The position numbers were made by a program, and so were the translations under genes. A stretch of DNA of 63,683 nt, filler included, from Octopus bimaculoides (Eukaryota), in assembly GCF_001194135.2 (NCBI RefSeq). It is 5 parts of 4 records of this genome, joined end to end, with 100 filler letters (N's around TTAATTAATTAA, not from the genome) between each part and the next. Parts side by side here need not be neighbours in the genome. Positions count along the whole stretch, not along the records: positions 1 to 12,923 come from NC_068984.1; 4 more parts are not named here. The stretch is one strand, 5' to 3'. The notes under the pieces were generated by a model. The model did no database searches. It worked only from the letters and a program-made list of their open reading frames with translations, and was not told where the DNA came from. Below, piece by piece: positions 1 to 12,313 of this stretch (position 1 is the first letter of the stretch; each line of letters opens with the position of its first letter).

Positions 1-42
<42 letters not shown>

Positions 43-110
43 TGTATGTATGTATGTATATATGTTAGTATGTATATACACATGCATACATATATATATA
101 TATATATATG
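1..110. repeat. (TA)n/(TATG)n microsatellite
   Basis: Directly visible. Confidence 0.95.
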
Positions 111-268
111 ACGGGGTTCCAGTTACTCCCATCATAGGAGCAGCCTGCTCGTCAAATTAACGTGCAAGTGCCCTAGCACTCCACAATCACACGAACCCTT
201 AACGTAGCTTTCAGGCATACTAAGTTGTCCTAGGGTTTGACAAGTTTGGCCCTTCGAAATTCATGTAC
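110..268 (-). mobile_element. Diverged 3' fragment of tRNA-derived SINE family B
   Basis: Reverse complement resembles the 3' part of the copy at 10679-11056 (AATTAACGTGCAAGTG...CACTCCACA). Confidence 0.75.
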
Positions 269-370
269 TACTCATTTTTGCCACCACAAGTTTATTACTT
301 GTGTAGGTAAAAGTTTCTACGCACAACAAAACGATTAAAGTCTATGTCACCGATTCATGATTTGAAATAA

Positions 371-706
371 CTACTTCCGCCATCACTTATCCGAGGGTAT
401 AGTTTTCAGTCGTATTTGTTTGTCCATGGATAATATATCTCAAGAAACTCTGGATGGATTCAGATGAAACTTTCAGGGATGTTTGGCCTCATGCCTTGCA
501 CGAACTGAGCAGATTTTGGGATAGATCTGGTGCCGCACAAGGATTCTGGATTCTTTTTCCGTTTTCTACACTTAACTTTTGAGAGTGATTGGGTTCATTT
601 TCAGTAAGAGCAATCCAGTTTATGTCAGATATTCTCATTTTGAAAATCACCTCTGGCTAATCGTTGAGAGGACGTTGGTGATGCCTTGGCAGAAGTTAGC
701 GCTCTA
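371..706 (+). mobile_element. Helentron-associated (HINE/DINE-1-like) non-autonomous element
   Basis: Subterminal inverted repeat ACTTCCGCCA (373-382) / TGGCAGAAGT (687-696); homologous along its length to the reverse-strand copy at 42766-43128. Confidence 0.65.
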
Positions 707-1357
707 AGTTTTGTTGTTATCATTAAATTATTTTTTCCTGTAGTTTGTAAAGAAGTGTTTTGATGTTTATTATTCATCACCCAGTTTTGTATATCTATAT
801 TTATTCTAATATAAAAGGTATGTTAGACGTGTTTACAAAATTTCGAGAAATCTTTTTGAAAGATATTTTGTATACAAACATCGATTTAATAAATTAAACA
901 TCTCAAAGACAAATATGTCACAAGTCACAATAATTTTTTACTTAGACGTAAATAGATCGAAGCAAAGACAAGTCTAACTTTTAAACGAACATCGATATTA
1001 TTGATATTTTTGTTATAAAATGTACATCTCTATATAATCTGTTGTAGATTGTTCTTTTAAAAATATTCGCAACATTCATGTTTGAATACTTTAAGCATTT
1101 CGGTGTAAAGCCACGCGGCTGTCATGGTCAATGCGACGATCACGCGCTACGCACGTTCCTTCCAAGCACTGCTGTAAACAGCGAAATTTAATTAGAGCGT
1201 TAAAAGTTAGTGCGCATGCTCAGTAGAGTTCAATTTCAAGGTCAATTTGTGCTAAGCGACTCCACTCTGAATGCTTTTTCTTAGTTAATATGGCAACGTT
1301 CCCGATACTTATTCATCAGACCACGTATGACATGTGTATTTAAAGGTATGCATATGT

Positions 1358-1401
1358 CTCTGTCTCTCATTCTCTTTCTTTCTCTCTCTCTCCCTCGTCC
1401 T

Positions 1402-1474
<73 letters not shown>
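1358..1474. repeat. (CT)n microsatellite
   Basis: Directly visible. Confidence 0.95.
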
Positions 1475-1477
<3 letters not shown>

Positions 1478-1717
1478 CTATCAATGCGTCCTGCCCTAAC
1501 ACTTCGAAGCGCTTAGCTTTAGAATGGTGGCAACTGATGAAGGAAATGTTCTCTATGTGGCCTGTGTGTTTTTTGGTGCTCTATTTTTGTTCTGTCTTTC
1601 ATTTTGTCCACGTTTTTGTGTGACGTCTTGTACCCAGATATGCATCTATATACATATGTATATGTAGGTATGTACATACATGTACGTTTATATGCATACA
1701 CTCACATATTTTTTGTA

Positions 1718-1718
<1 letters not shown>

Positions 1719-1799
<81 letters not shown>

Positions 1800-1803
1800 C
1801 ATC
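1719..1803. repeat. (ATT)n microsatellite
   Basis: Directly visible. Confidence 0.95.
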
Positions 1804-2687
1804 ATATATATATTTACGTATGTATATATATATATACTTACTGATAACTCTTGTGTAGGTTTTCATGTAAGTCCAGGCTTGCCCGTTGGTCGAGGGAGAT
1901 CATTTATCATTATGAATGTTTGCCTGAAGCTATAATGTAAGTCTGCCAGTAGACATTTTGTTTTCTTTCAGCTACATAACTCCTTTCACCTCAATCCACT
2001 TAAACGTCGCCAATTTTGGACGACATATATAAGACTGACAACCTACTGATGTACATCTCTGACCATCGAGGTGTCCAGCAATTTATTTTATACATCACAC
2101 TTAAATATTGGATAAATGTCTGCTCCTTCCTGTATAAAATATGTGTTTGTGTGAACGTCTGTCTGTATGCGTGTATGCGTGCATGCGTGTGTGTGTATTG
2201 GTGTGTATAAGCGTCTGTGTATTTTGTATGTCTGAAACCATATCTCTGTCACCGAATATATGTGTGTGTATTTCTATATTCATTAATTACATACAGAAAT
2301 ATAGCATTTCTATGCCGTATATTATGATTTCAGAGCATATCTCCGTCATATAACTAAACCAGTATGAATGCGAATCAACTGACATCACTTCCATACGTTA
2401 TTTGGGTAGAGTAACAACGTTATCAAAATAACGTGCCAGGGATGCGTACTACTTATATATGTAAATTGAATACTGCTGAAATATTCAATAATGCAGAACA
2501 ACTTTTCGTATGAATGTATGTTTATATGTATATAAATGTATACTTACATACATATACTTATATAGACATAAATGCTCAATCATAAATATATTTAGAGAAA
2601 CGCATTCATTCTCTCCACCGTCTGTCTCTCTCTCTCACACACACACGAAACACGTAGGCATAGTTGCACGCTGAGAATAAGGGATAG

Positions 2688-2729
<42 letters not shown>

Positions 2730-3968
2730 NNNNNNNNNNNNNNNNNNNNNNNNNNNNNNNNNNNNNNNNNNNNNNNNNNNNNNNNNNNNNNNNNNNNNNN
2801 NNNNNNNNNNNNNNNNNNNNNNNNNNNNNNNNNNNNNNNNNNNNNNNNNNNNNNNNNNNNNNNNNNNNNNNNNNNNNNNNNNNNNNNNNNNNNNNNNNNN
2901 NNNNNNNNNNNNNNNNNNNNNNNNNNNNNNNNNNNNNNNNNNNNNNNNNNNNNNNNNNNNNNNNNNNNNNNNNNNNNNNNNNNNNNNNNNNNNNNNNNNN
3001 NNNNNNNNNNNNNNNNNNNNNNNNNNNNNNNNNNNNNNNNNNNNNNNNNNNNNNNNNNNNNNNNNNNNNNNNNNNNNNNNNNNNNNNNNNNNNNNNNNNN
3101 NNNNNNNNNNNNNNNNNNNNNNNNNNNNNNNNNNNNNNNNNNNNNNNNNNNNNNNNNNNNNNNNNNNNNNNNNNNNNNNNNNNNNNNNNNNNNNNNNNNN
3201 NNNNNNNNNNNNNNNNNNNNNNNNNNNNNNNNNNNNNNNNNNNNNNNNNNNNNNNNNNNNNNNNNNNNNNNNNNNNNNNNNNNNNNNNNNNNNNNNNNNN
3301 NNNNNNNNNNNNNNNNNNNNNNNNNNNNNNNNNNNNNNNNNNNNNNNNNNNNNNNNNNNNNNNNNNNNNNNNNNNNNNNNNNNNNNNNNNNNNNNNNNNN
3401 NNNNNNNNNNNNNNNNNNNNNNNNNNNNNNNNNNNNNNNNNNNNNNNNNNNNNNNNNNNNNNNNNNNNNNNNNNNNNNNNNNNNNNNNNNNNNNNNNNNN
3501 NNNNNNNNNNNNNNNNNNNNNNNNNNNNNNNNNNNNNNNNNNNNNNNNNNNNNNNNNNNNNNNNNNNNNNNNNNNNNNNNNNNNNNNNNNNTATATATAT
3601 ATATATATATATATATTGTATAAGGAAATGCTTGCGTATTTCTTAGTAGAGAAAAGTCTTATCAATATTCTAGATGTCAAAGAGCAACAGTTCTTCCGAT
3701 TCCTGATTCTTCTTCCACGTTGATAAATGTGTCTAATGCGAGGCGACGTGCGTGAATCTCGCGTTGTCCTTACATTGTTGTGTACACAGCCACGTACAGA
3801 CGCATATATACACACAAACACACAAACACATTTAAGCGTGCACACAAGTGGAAAAGAGCATTTCAGACTCTGTATTGTTACAATTGGTACGAGGGGAGAT
3901 CTCTCTGAATTAAGTCTCCAATAAAACATACATATTCTATCTCTCTCCCTCTTCCACCTCTCTCTCTG

Positions 3969-4025
<57 letters not shown>

Positions 4026-4474
4026 AAAGGAATTGCATATATAGAAGTAAGTCACTGTGTTGGTTATTACAGAATCCTTTTTTCCTCATGGAATCATTCT
4101 AGTTTAGCAATTGTATTTTACGGAATCGAAAAATCATAATGCTTTTTTGTGCAATCTTATTGATTTCGGAATGATGTAAGCTATTTAAATCGTAGATTCT
4201 AGTATCAGGGCCAAAGCACGAAATTTACCAGTTTTTCCATCGCTTATTTAATTTAAGTCTGCTATCATTTATTGAGCTGACATTAACGTTTCTGTTGTAA
4301 ACTTTGCTAAGCTATTCCGATCACCGTCTAATGCTTTGTATGGTCAATACATGGCTGACCTTTTCGTGTCACCGATACGGCTGGACATGAATAATCTGTT
4401 ACAGTACATTTTACTTTTCTGTTTCTTTCACCTATACTCTATAATCTCTCACTCACATTCTGACATATACGTAT

Positions 4475-4640
4475 AGCCTGAGGCATGTCTGTTTGTTTAA
4501 GAAGCTCGCTTTGGCAATACGTGGTTTCAGATTCGGTTTCACCTTGCAGCACCTTGGGCCAGTATCTTCTTCTACAGCCTCAGGTTCACCAATACTTTGA
4601 GAATGAATTTGGTTGCCTGAAACTGTGTAGAATTTCGCCA
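4475..4640 (+). mobile_element. Diverged 5' half of SINE family A
   Basis: Matches GCACCTTGGGCAAGTGTCTTCTACTATAGCC...GAAACTG of the copies at 37872 and 47985. Confidence 0.7.
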
Positions 4641-4646
4641 TATATA

Positions 4647-6074
4647 TCACGTTAGTGTAAAGGTAATGGCCGATGTTTTACGAAACAGTTTTAGATAGCA
4701 TTTTTTTTTTATTTTGCCTCTTGCAATGTTTCAAGAATGTCATAATGAGTAATTTATACATTATTTACATTATTTACATTTGACTGATATTTGTCCTCAT
4801 CTTATTTGTTGTTAACACAACGTTTCGGCTGATACACCCTCCAGCCTTCATTAGCCGAAACGTCGTATTAACAACAAACAAGATGAGGACAAATATCCGT
4901 CAAATGTAAATAATGTAAATAACGTACATAATTTCTCATCGCTTAAATATAGAACTGGAGTAATTTATAGATTTTTCTTTCAGATTCTGATTATATTGGC
5001 CGTAATCTTCTGCTATAATCGCACCCATGTTCGTCCTAGCTAAAGATCACATTAGACTTGTCTTACTCTGTTGTTTAATAAAGATATCAATGCGAGCAGA
5101 GCAGCAAAGTTTCGTCAGAGAGTTTATGGGGATGATGTAGTGAGTGAAAGAAGCTGCAGGAAATGGTTTCTCACTTTAGAAGTGGGATATGAGTTTGAAT
5201 GATGAGCCAAAAGATGAGCCGAAGAACTTGATTCCAGAGAGTTGGAAGCTGTTGTCACTGAAAATTCAACCGCTAGTTGTAGAGCACTTGCAGAACAGTT
5301 TAACGTAGCGCACACATCTGTTCTCCGCCAACTGAAAAAGGATCGGAAAGGTTTCAGTGATTGAAAAATGGGCCCCACATCTACTGCCGCCAGAGAATCT
5401 GCAACAGCGTGTTGCTTGTTGTCAGTCATTGCATTCACGGCACCTTAAAGAACCATTTAAAAGAAGGCTTGTTACAGGTCATGAGAAGTGGATCCTTTAC
5501 CAAAACGCTGCCGATCGTTGATCAGTCGAGGAGGAAGATATGCTCAACAACAAAGAGGAAGACTTCAGCCAAGGAAGATCATGTTGTGTGTATAATGGGA
5601 TATTGATGGAATTGCCCATTACGAACTGTTAGACAACAATCAAACAATTACTGCTAATTTCTACTGTGATCAATTTCATCGTTTGGAAGCTGCTTTGAAC
5701 AGAAAGTGACCCTGCTTAGTCAACAGAAAGGTTATCATCTTCCACCATGATAATGCGGAAGAGCTTGGTCGGGAAATATTGCTTCTTCCTCATTTTCTCC
5801 AGATCTTGCTCCTTCTGGTTATCGGGGATTACAGAACCATTTCAATGGTCTTAGATTGACCTCAAGGGAAGAGGTTGAAAATAAGTTGGATTCATATTTC
5901 GCATAAAAACCTAAACAATTTTACAAGCCTTGCATTGGTAAGCTTGTTGATCGATGGAATGAAGTTCTAGAAATCAATGGAATTGTGTTAACGAATAAAT
6001 ATTGTCTTAATTATGGGCGTTTTCATTTTTGATAGAGGGCCTTAAAATCGGCCATTACCCTTGCACCAACCTCA
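4647..6074 (+). mobile_element. Mariner (D,D34D-type) DNA transposon with degenerate transposase
   Basis: 28-bp TIRs 4647-4674 / 6047-6074 (23/28 identical). Frameshifted transposase ~5047-5990 with WAPHLL, VTGHEKW, HHDNA and FSPDLAPS motifs. Confidence 0.92.
4759..4957. mobile_element. Palindromic Penelope-derived element inserted in the mariner
   Basis: ~70-bp inverted arms (4761-4832 / 4851-4922), 12-bp TSD GAGTAATTTATA (4747-4758, 4958-4969), degenerate HHR core on the minus strand. Confidence 0.8.
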
Positions 6075-6102
6075 TGTATGGATGTGTGTGTGTGTAGGGG
6101 AG

Positions 6103-6316
6103 GAAGTATGTTTGTCCTCCTTTTCTGTCTTTGTCCACCTTGACACACTTGATAACTGATGTTGATTTTTAACACCTCCGTAAAGTAGCGGTTCAAACGA
6201 TACCGGGAGATTAAGTATCAGACTTTAAAAAATTAATACTGAAGGGGATTTGTTCGACTAAAATCTGTCTAAGTAGTGTCCTAACGTGTCTGCTGTTCAA
6301 TGACTGAAACAAAAAG
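6103..6316 (+). mobile_element. 3' half of SINE family A (diverged)
   Basis: TTTGTCC...GATTTGTTCGACTAAAA...TGACTGAAACA matches other family A copies. Confidence 0.7.
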
Positions 6317-6323
6317 TGGATGT

Positions 6324-6383
6324 AAGATAGCCATTCAAAAGATAGCCATTCAAAAGATAGCCATTCAAAAGATAGCCATTCAA
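6324..6383. repeat. Perfect 15-bp tandem repeat x4 (AAGATAGCCATTCAA)
   Basis: Four exact adjacent copies. Confidence 0.95.
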
Positions 6384-6959
6384 TCGCACCAACTCAAATG
6401 TACGCATGCACATGTGCACACACATTATGCAAAATGACTACTGAAATTATAACGAATCAACATTCAATTTTCGGACTATAATTTCTATAGTTCTTTTCTC
6501 TTCATTTCAATTTCACAGTTGAATTATAAATACAAATAGCGATTGTAAGATAATAAATACCACTCGTTAGAGTGACGAACAAAATACGATGAATTATTAC
6601 GTCTCCCCTCTTTTCCGTTTCGGGTCAAAAACTCAATTCTCATAAAATAGGTTTCAGTTAAAGAAGTAAAAGATTGGGTCCGATAATATTCTTGCCCGAA
6701 AACGAGCTAACTTAAAGTTATAATTAACTTCTACGGTGGCTGAACTTCATTTTAACATTGGTTTACGTTGAGCACGTATGAATTATATTTAGAAATGTAA
6801 TGAACCAAGGTGTTATGAAATATTTTCCCCCTTATGTCGTGAGCAACACTAACGTATATGTAGGGGCGTTGCTTCAACTTGTATTGTGAAACACGTCGTA
6901 TGTGATTTCATCCGAAATTTCGAATGACAGTCTTGAATTAAGGATATACTGACCCTAAA

Positions 6960-7420
6960 AATACGTATCTTTCGCTAATATCAATTAATAATATTGTATT
7001 TTATGGCAGATACTCTTTAGGGTATTATCTCCGTGTAGCATCTACACTGAATGATATCTAGCATAAATGGTATCGACTATTAAGCTTGTATCTACTTTGG
7101 TTGCTATCTAACCAAGAGAGTATCGCCTCTGAAGCGTATCTACGATGACGGATATCTTATGTGAATACTGTCTAGTCTATATGATACGAATAGTTGAATT
7201 GTTATCTCTTCTGTATTGCATCTATCTTTACGCTTGTATCTACAGTAGATAATATACACCCTTGAAATTCTATATACTCTGAATGGCACCTATCATTGAG
7301 TTTGTTTGTATTATGAGTGGTATTTATTCTTGAACTAACATCTGTTCTGAATTATATGTGTACTTGGACTTGAAATTGCCCCGAATGGTACCTAAGCTTG
7401 AAGCTTGTAGCTATCTTGAA
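6960..7420. repeat. Highly degenerate ~16-bp minisatellite (GTATCTACTCTGAAT-like)
   Basis: ATCT/ATCG cores at 7040, 7056, 7072, 7090, 7106, 7122, 7138, 7154, 7170 (GTCT), 7204, 7220, 7238. Confidence 0.7.
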
Positions 7421-8762
7421 GGAATAAAACGAATAAAAGAATTTCTATGTAACATAAATTAAGAATAAAATCAAGATCGAAACGACAATCATGGGACATT
7501 GAAAATAAATATTGTACAGTTCTAGTCTCTGCAATATCTCCCTCGTTGACATACATATATTATATAAGATATGTATAGGAAACTTATGATAGGTAATAGC
7601 TATCTGATATCTATACTTTCTTGTTTTATAATGGCACGAAGCGTCTGTGGATACGGGCGAGTAAATAGCTAAGAGATTTTAGCGAACATAAATTCTAATT
7701 GATACATTTCAATAATGATGTACAAACCACGTTAATGCTTTTTATAACAGATATCTGCAGATAACACACACTTCTCTGTTTGATATATCATGCAAAATAA
7801 TATCGCACACGTTATTATATCTCTTTTTTTTTTATGTCGATAATTTAGACATGTTAATATAATATCCTATCCTAGTAAACTGCACGTGGTGAAATATATA
7901 AGGGAATGAGAAAAAATCTGAAAATGTATAACATAAAACGTTCTCTGATTATGTCAAAGAATTAATCACAGATATTTCGAATAAATGGGTACACTATTAT
8001 CATTACAATATTGCTGGGTTTCACTCAAGGGAGCACCGTATGACATAAGCAGCTAGCATACTTGGGTTGAAAGAGTTTCGATTACATGATATCTTCCATT
8101 ATGTGATATCTGGTAAAAGATGTAGGCTGTCGACTTTTTGTCTATTAATGTTTCTAAATGAATTCAATGCCAAACCAATATTTAATATAAGTACTGAAGT
8201 CGACCTAATCGCATAAAAGCCCTTACGTTTGTGCTCCAGCATGGTCTCGGTGTCACAGTCTAATGGCAGAAGCAAGCAAAAGAACAGAAGAATAATAGAA
8301 TATTGTAAACACGTGTATGTGTATGTGTATGTGCGTGTCTGTGTATGTGCGTGTCTGTGTCTGTGTGTGAATGTACGTGTTTGTGTGAACTTCAGCGCTG
8401 CACCAGATATTTTGGCAGAAATACAATAAAACAATTCTAGGAAACAGTAAAAGGACTCGTAGGTCATAGAATAATTCTACGAGTGAATTAAAACTACAGC
8501 GAACATTAAAAAGAAACGAAATATCAAACAAAATGATAATTATATGATACACCGAGAAAACAAAATAAAAAAATGTATCCATAAATAGTGAAAAGTCAAT
8601 AGATATCAATCAATTTCCCATTTGTCAGTCTTTCTTTTTTATTTCTCATTGTACTATGTCCATTTGTTTGCATACGATTGTGAATACAGAAATCACGCTT
8701 GCGCGCGCGTCCATTTTAATTTTGATCTGACACAGATATATTCCCATAGATGCATATATATA

Positions 8763-8798
<36 letters not shown>

Positions 8799-9249
8799 TG
8801 CATCTATGGGNNNNNNNNNNNNNNNNNNNNNNNNNNNNNNNNNNNNNNNNNNNNNNNNNNNNNNNNNNNNNNNNNNNNNNNNNNNNNNNNNNNNNNNNNN
8901 NNNNNNNNNNNNNNNNNNNNNNNNNNNNNNNNNNNNNNNNNNNNNNNNNNNNNNNNNNNNNNNNNNNNNNNNNNNNNNNNNNNNNNNNNNNNNNNNNNNN
9001 NNNNNNNNNNNNNNNNNNNNNNNNNNNNNNNNNNNNNNNNNNNNNNNNNNNNNNNNNNNNNNNNNNNNNNNNNNNNNNNNNNNNNNNTACAGGGATTAGC
9101 AATTGAGTTGCTTCTCCAACAAATTTTCAGTATGTTGGAGAAGCAACTCAATTGCTAATCCCTGTATATTTATGATGATATATATATATATATATATACA
9201 TACAAGCGCAGTCACACACACACACAAGTATATGTATATGATGGTTTCA

Positions 9250-9440
9250 GATTTTTCGGGTGGTGGGATAAGTTGATGATTAAATCGATCCCAGTGTTCA
9301 AATAATACTTATTGTATCGTCCCCGGGAGGAGGAATAGTAAAGTCGTCCTCGGCGGAATGTGAACTCTGAATGTAAAACTGGACGAAATACCGCCAAGCA
9401 TTTTGCTCGAGGTGCTGACGACTGTGACAGCTCGCCGCCT
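9250..9440 (-). mobile_element. SINE family C copy
   Basis: Reverse complement of the GGCGAGCTG...TTCAAATTCCGCCGAGG...GGGATCGAT body seen at 11086 and 20357. Confidence 0.8.
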
Positions 9441-9649
9441 TCATACCTGTACCTTTTACTGACAGTAAGGAAGAGAAAGCTGGAATGTAGAATATTTGAA
9501 GATTTATAGTTTTATAGTCTGTTTTATAGATTTATAGTTTTACAGTTTTATGTTCTGAGATAATCTGTTTTGGTTTTCCCTACAACACAAATGAATGAGG
9601 TATGTCTGTACACAGCGTAATACTGATATAGACACACCTTTCCAAAAAT

Positions 9650-9848
9650 ACTTATCTTTTGTTTGCTTTTACTCTAGATACAAGGCCCGAAAATTTGATC
9701 GACTCCAATAGGCAACTGGTACTTAATTTATCGATCCCGAAAGGATTAAAGGCAACGTCGACCTCGGTGGAATTTGAATGTAAAGGCAGACGAAATACTG
9801 CTAAGCGCTTCGCCCAGCGCGCCAACGTTTCTGCCAGCTCGCCGCCTT
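9650..9848 (-). mobile_element. SINE family C copy
   Basis: Homologous to 11086-11310. Confidence 0.85.
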
Positions 9849-9874
9849 ACCTTTCCAAAATACTGAGAAAGCAA

Positions 9875-9990
9875 TTTTATCGTTCTCGAAGGACGAAAGG
9901 CAAAGTTGATCTCTGCTGAACCTGAACTCAAAACTTAATAACGGACGAAATACCGCTAAGCCTGGTTCGGTAACGATCTTGCCAGCTCGT
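9875..9990 (-). mobile_element. SINE family C 5' fragment
   Basis: GCAAAGTTGATCTCTGCTGAACCTGAACTCA...GCCAGCTCG. Confidence 0.75.
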
Positions 9991-10678
9991 TGATCTGATT
10001 CTAGGGATGGCTATTCAGACAAGAATTGTGTTTATATGTCCGTTGAAAAAACCAAGGAAAATTGCATGATGCATCATTTACTCGGAAACCACAATCATTC
10101 TCATTCGTCCAAGCTTAAAAAAGAATATCAAAAACGAAATTAGTTCTTCACTACATGCTCCGTAACATAAGGTACAGCGATTTGTTACTTCATTAAATGT
10201 GTAATGAAGCCTCTATTTTAAAACGAGATGTCGAAATAATATCGTCGTGGTTTCACGAAATATTCGTTTGAAATCCTATCCAATTCGAGCTGCTATAAAA
10301 CAATATTCAATGGCATAAAAACCTTATCCGAATCGGCCCACCTCCAAAAATCTATGAGAAACCCTATATTCAATTATTCCCTTGCTTCATATCATTCACA
10401 CAGAGAAGACAGTGATGTATGTTGTTTTTACTTTATTACAGACGACACGTAAACAACAACTAACAGTTTTCACGTGCCTTTGATATTTTCTGTAGTTACA
10501 GATGGGCTCGATATAAAGTATTTTTACATTCAAGAAACAAAAAAATGTACTAAAAAATTATTGCCTGTAGCATCACTACAGAGTGCGTGTTAATTATATC
10601 ATACATGTGTAGTTGAAGAGAAGAGAAATGTTAAAGAAATGAAATATGATGACAACTGTGTTGTATTTTAGGAAAAGT

Positions 10679-11056
10679 GGAGGCGCAATGGTCCAGTGGT
10701 TAGGACAGCGGACTGGCGGTCGTACGATCGGGATTTCGATTCCCAGACCGGGCGCTGTGAGTGTTTATTGAGTGAAAACACCTAAAGTTCCACGAGGCTC
10801 CGGCAGGGTGTGGTGGCGAACTCTGCTGTAATCTTTCACCACTACTTTCTCTCACTCTTTCTTCCTGTTTCTGTTATACCTATATTACAAAGGGCCGGCC
10901 TAGTCACACGCTGTGTCACGCTGAATCTCCCAGAGAACTATGTTAAGTGTACACGTGTCTGTGGAGTACTCAGCCACTTGCACATTAATTTCACATCCAT
11001 GCTGTTCCGTTGATCGGATCATCTGGAACCCTCGTTGTGGGAACCGACGGAGTGTC
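10679..11056 (+). mobile_element. tRNA-derived SINE family B, near full length
   Basis: Pol III A-box (TGGTCCAGTGG) and B-box-like (GATTTCGATTCCC) head; body shared with 16332, 30611 and 36509. Confidence 0.9.
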
Positions 11057-11085
11057 GTAGAATAGTAATTATCATTTAGAAAGAT

Positions 11086-11310
11086 AAGGCGGCTAGCTAG
11101 CAGAATCGTTAACGCGCAGGACGAAATGCTAAGCAGTATTTCGCACGTCACTACGTTCTGAGTTCAAATTCCGTCGAGGTCGACTTTGCTTTTTATCCTT
11201 TCGGAGTCGATTGTTAAGTACCAGTGAACCAATAGGGAATCAATGTAATCGACATGTCCCCTCACCCCCGAATTTCAGGCCTTGTGCAATTATTAGAAAG
11301 TATTACTATT
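11086..11310 (+). mobile_element. SINE family C copy
   Basis: tRNA-like head (GAGTTCAAATTCC B box) and TATTA tail. Confidence 0.85.
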
Positions 11311-11344
11311 TAAAAAGATAGTTTTTCTTGCTAACGTTAGAAAC

Positions 11345-11541
11345 TGAAAATTGGTTTCAAATTTTGGTAAAAAGCTAGCAATTCTGACCCCAGTGCTCAA
11401 CTATTATTTGATATAACGACCTCGAAAAGATAAAAGATAGTGTCGACCCCCGATGGAATTTGAAATCAGAACGTAAAGAAGGGCAATGTGCCGCTGAGCA
11501 CTTTGCCCGGCGTGCTAACGATTCTACCAACTCGACGCCTT
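11345..11541 (-). mobile_element. SINE family C copy, tail-to-tail with the previous copy
   Basis: Reverse complement homologous to 11086-11250. Confidence 0.8.
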
Positions 11542-12197
11542 GAAAAGCTGAAACATTGCAGCAATTTTCAATCAGAAAATTTCACTTCGACTCAAGCAAT
11601 TTCCATGCGTATGTGTGTGTGTGCGTGCATCCTTCCGTGAGCCATCTTCCACTGAGTGCCTGGAGAAGTGAGTGATACGCACGTGTTTTTCATGTTCATC
11701 TCATTACTTTTGGTAATATGGTTGCGTGTCGTCATCTCAATATCGCACATACAGCATTATATATTAGATACAATTTTTTTTTAAAATTAATATATATATG
11801 AGGTATATGTATAAATCCTTATGTATTAAGTTCCTTTCTTCGGTTGAAAGTGTTATCATTTACTTTGCTAAGTACAGGGGGTGAAACAGATAAGAATTTT
11901 ATTTTTTTATATTAAATGCTAATGTAAGCATTAATTATTAAGAGAAATTTACGGATTTTCTCGTAAGTATTTCGTAATCCTTACATATGTTTGGGAAACG
12001 ATTTAAACATCGAGATTCTTCGATTCAAAAAAGTGTTTACGGTAATATTGTGGAAAGCAATCGGATTACTCTATTGAGCAAAATTTCTCTATCTGTCTAT
12101 CTCCCTGTTTCCACCTCTCTCCCCCACCCTCTCTCTCCTTTCTCTCTCTCTTTCACGCTTGTATATGTATATATGTATGTGTAAATATGTGTGTGTG

Positions 12198-12245
<48 letters not shown>

Positions 12246-12259
12246 CACATGTGAGTGTT

Positions 12260-12313
<54 letters not shown>

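Noticed and set aside
1090-1270. CpG-rich stretch with GCGCATGCTC as a promoter
   Set aside because: Single imperfect motif in a region where CpGs are generally retained; insufficient evidence.
2592-4055. Long ORFs spanning N runs and microsatellites (also 8622-9158, 43998-44651, 45253-45823, 53799-54802, 59070-59851)
   Set aside because: Length comes from N gaps and TA/TG repeats translating as YIYI/CVCV; no protein signal.
6324-6383. Possible CRISPR-like array
   Set aside because: Repeats are contiguous with no spacers, in a eukaryotic context.
10679-10745. tRNA-like sequences at SINE heads (also 16610-16675, 30611-30680, 52000-52055)
   Set aside because: A/B boxes continue into SINE bodies with no complete cloverleaf; not tRNA genes.
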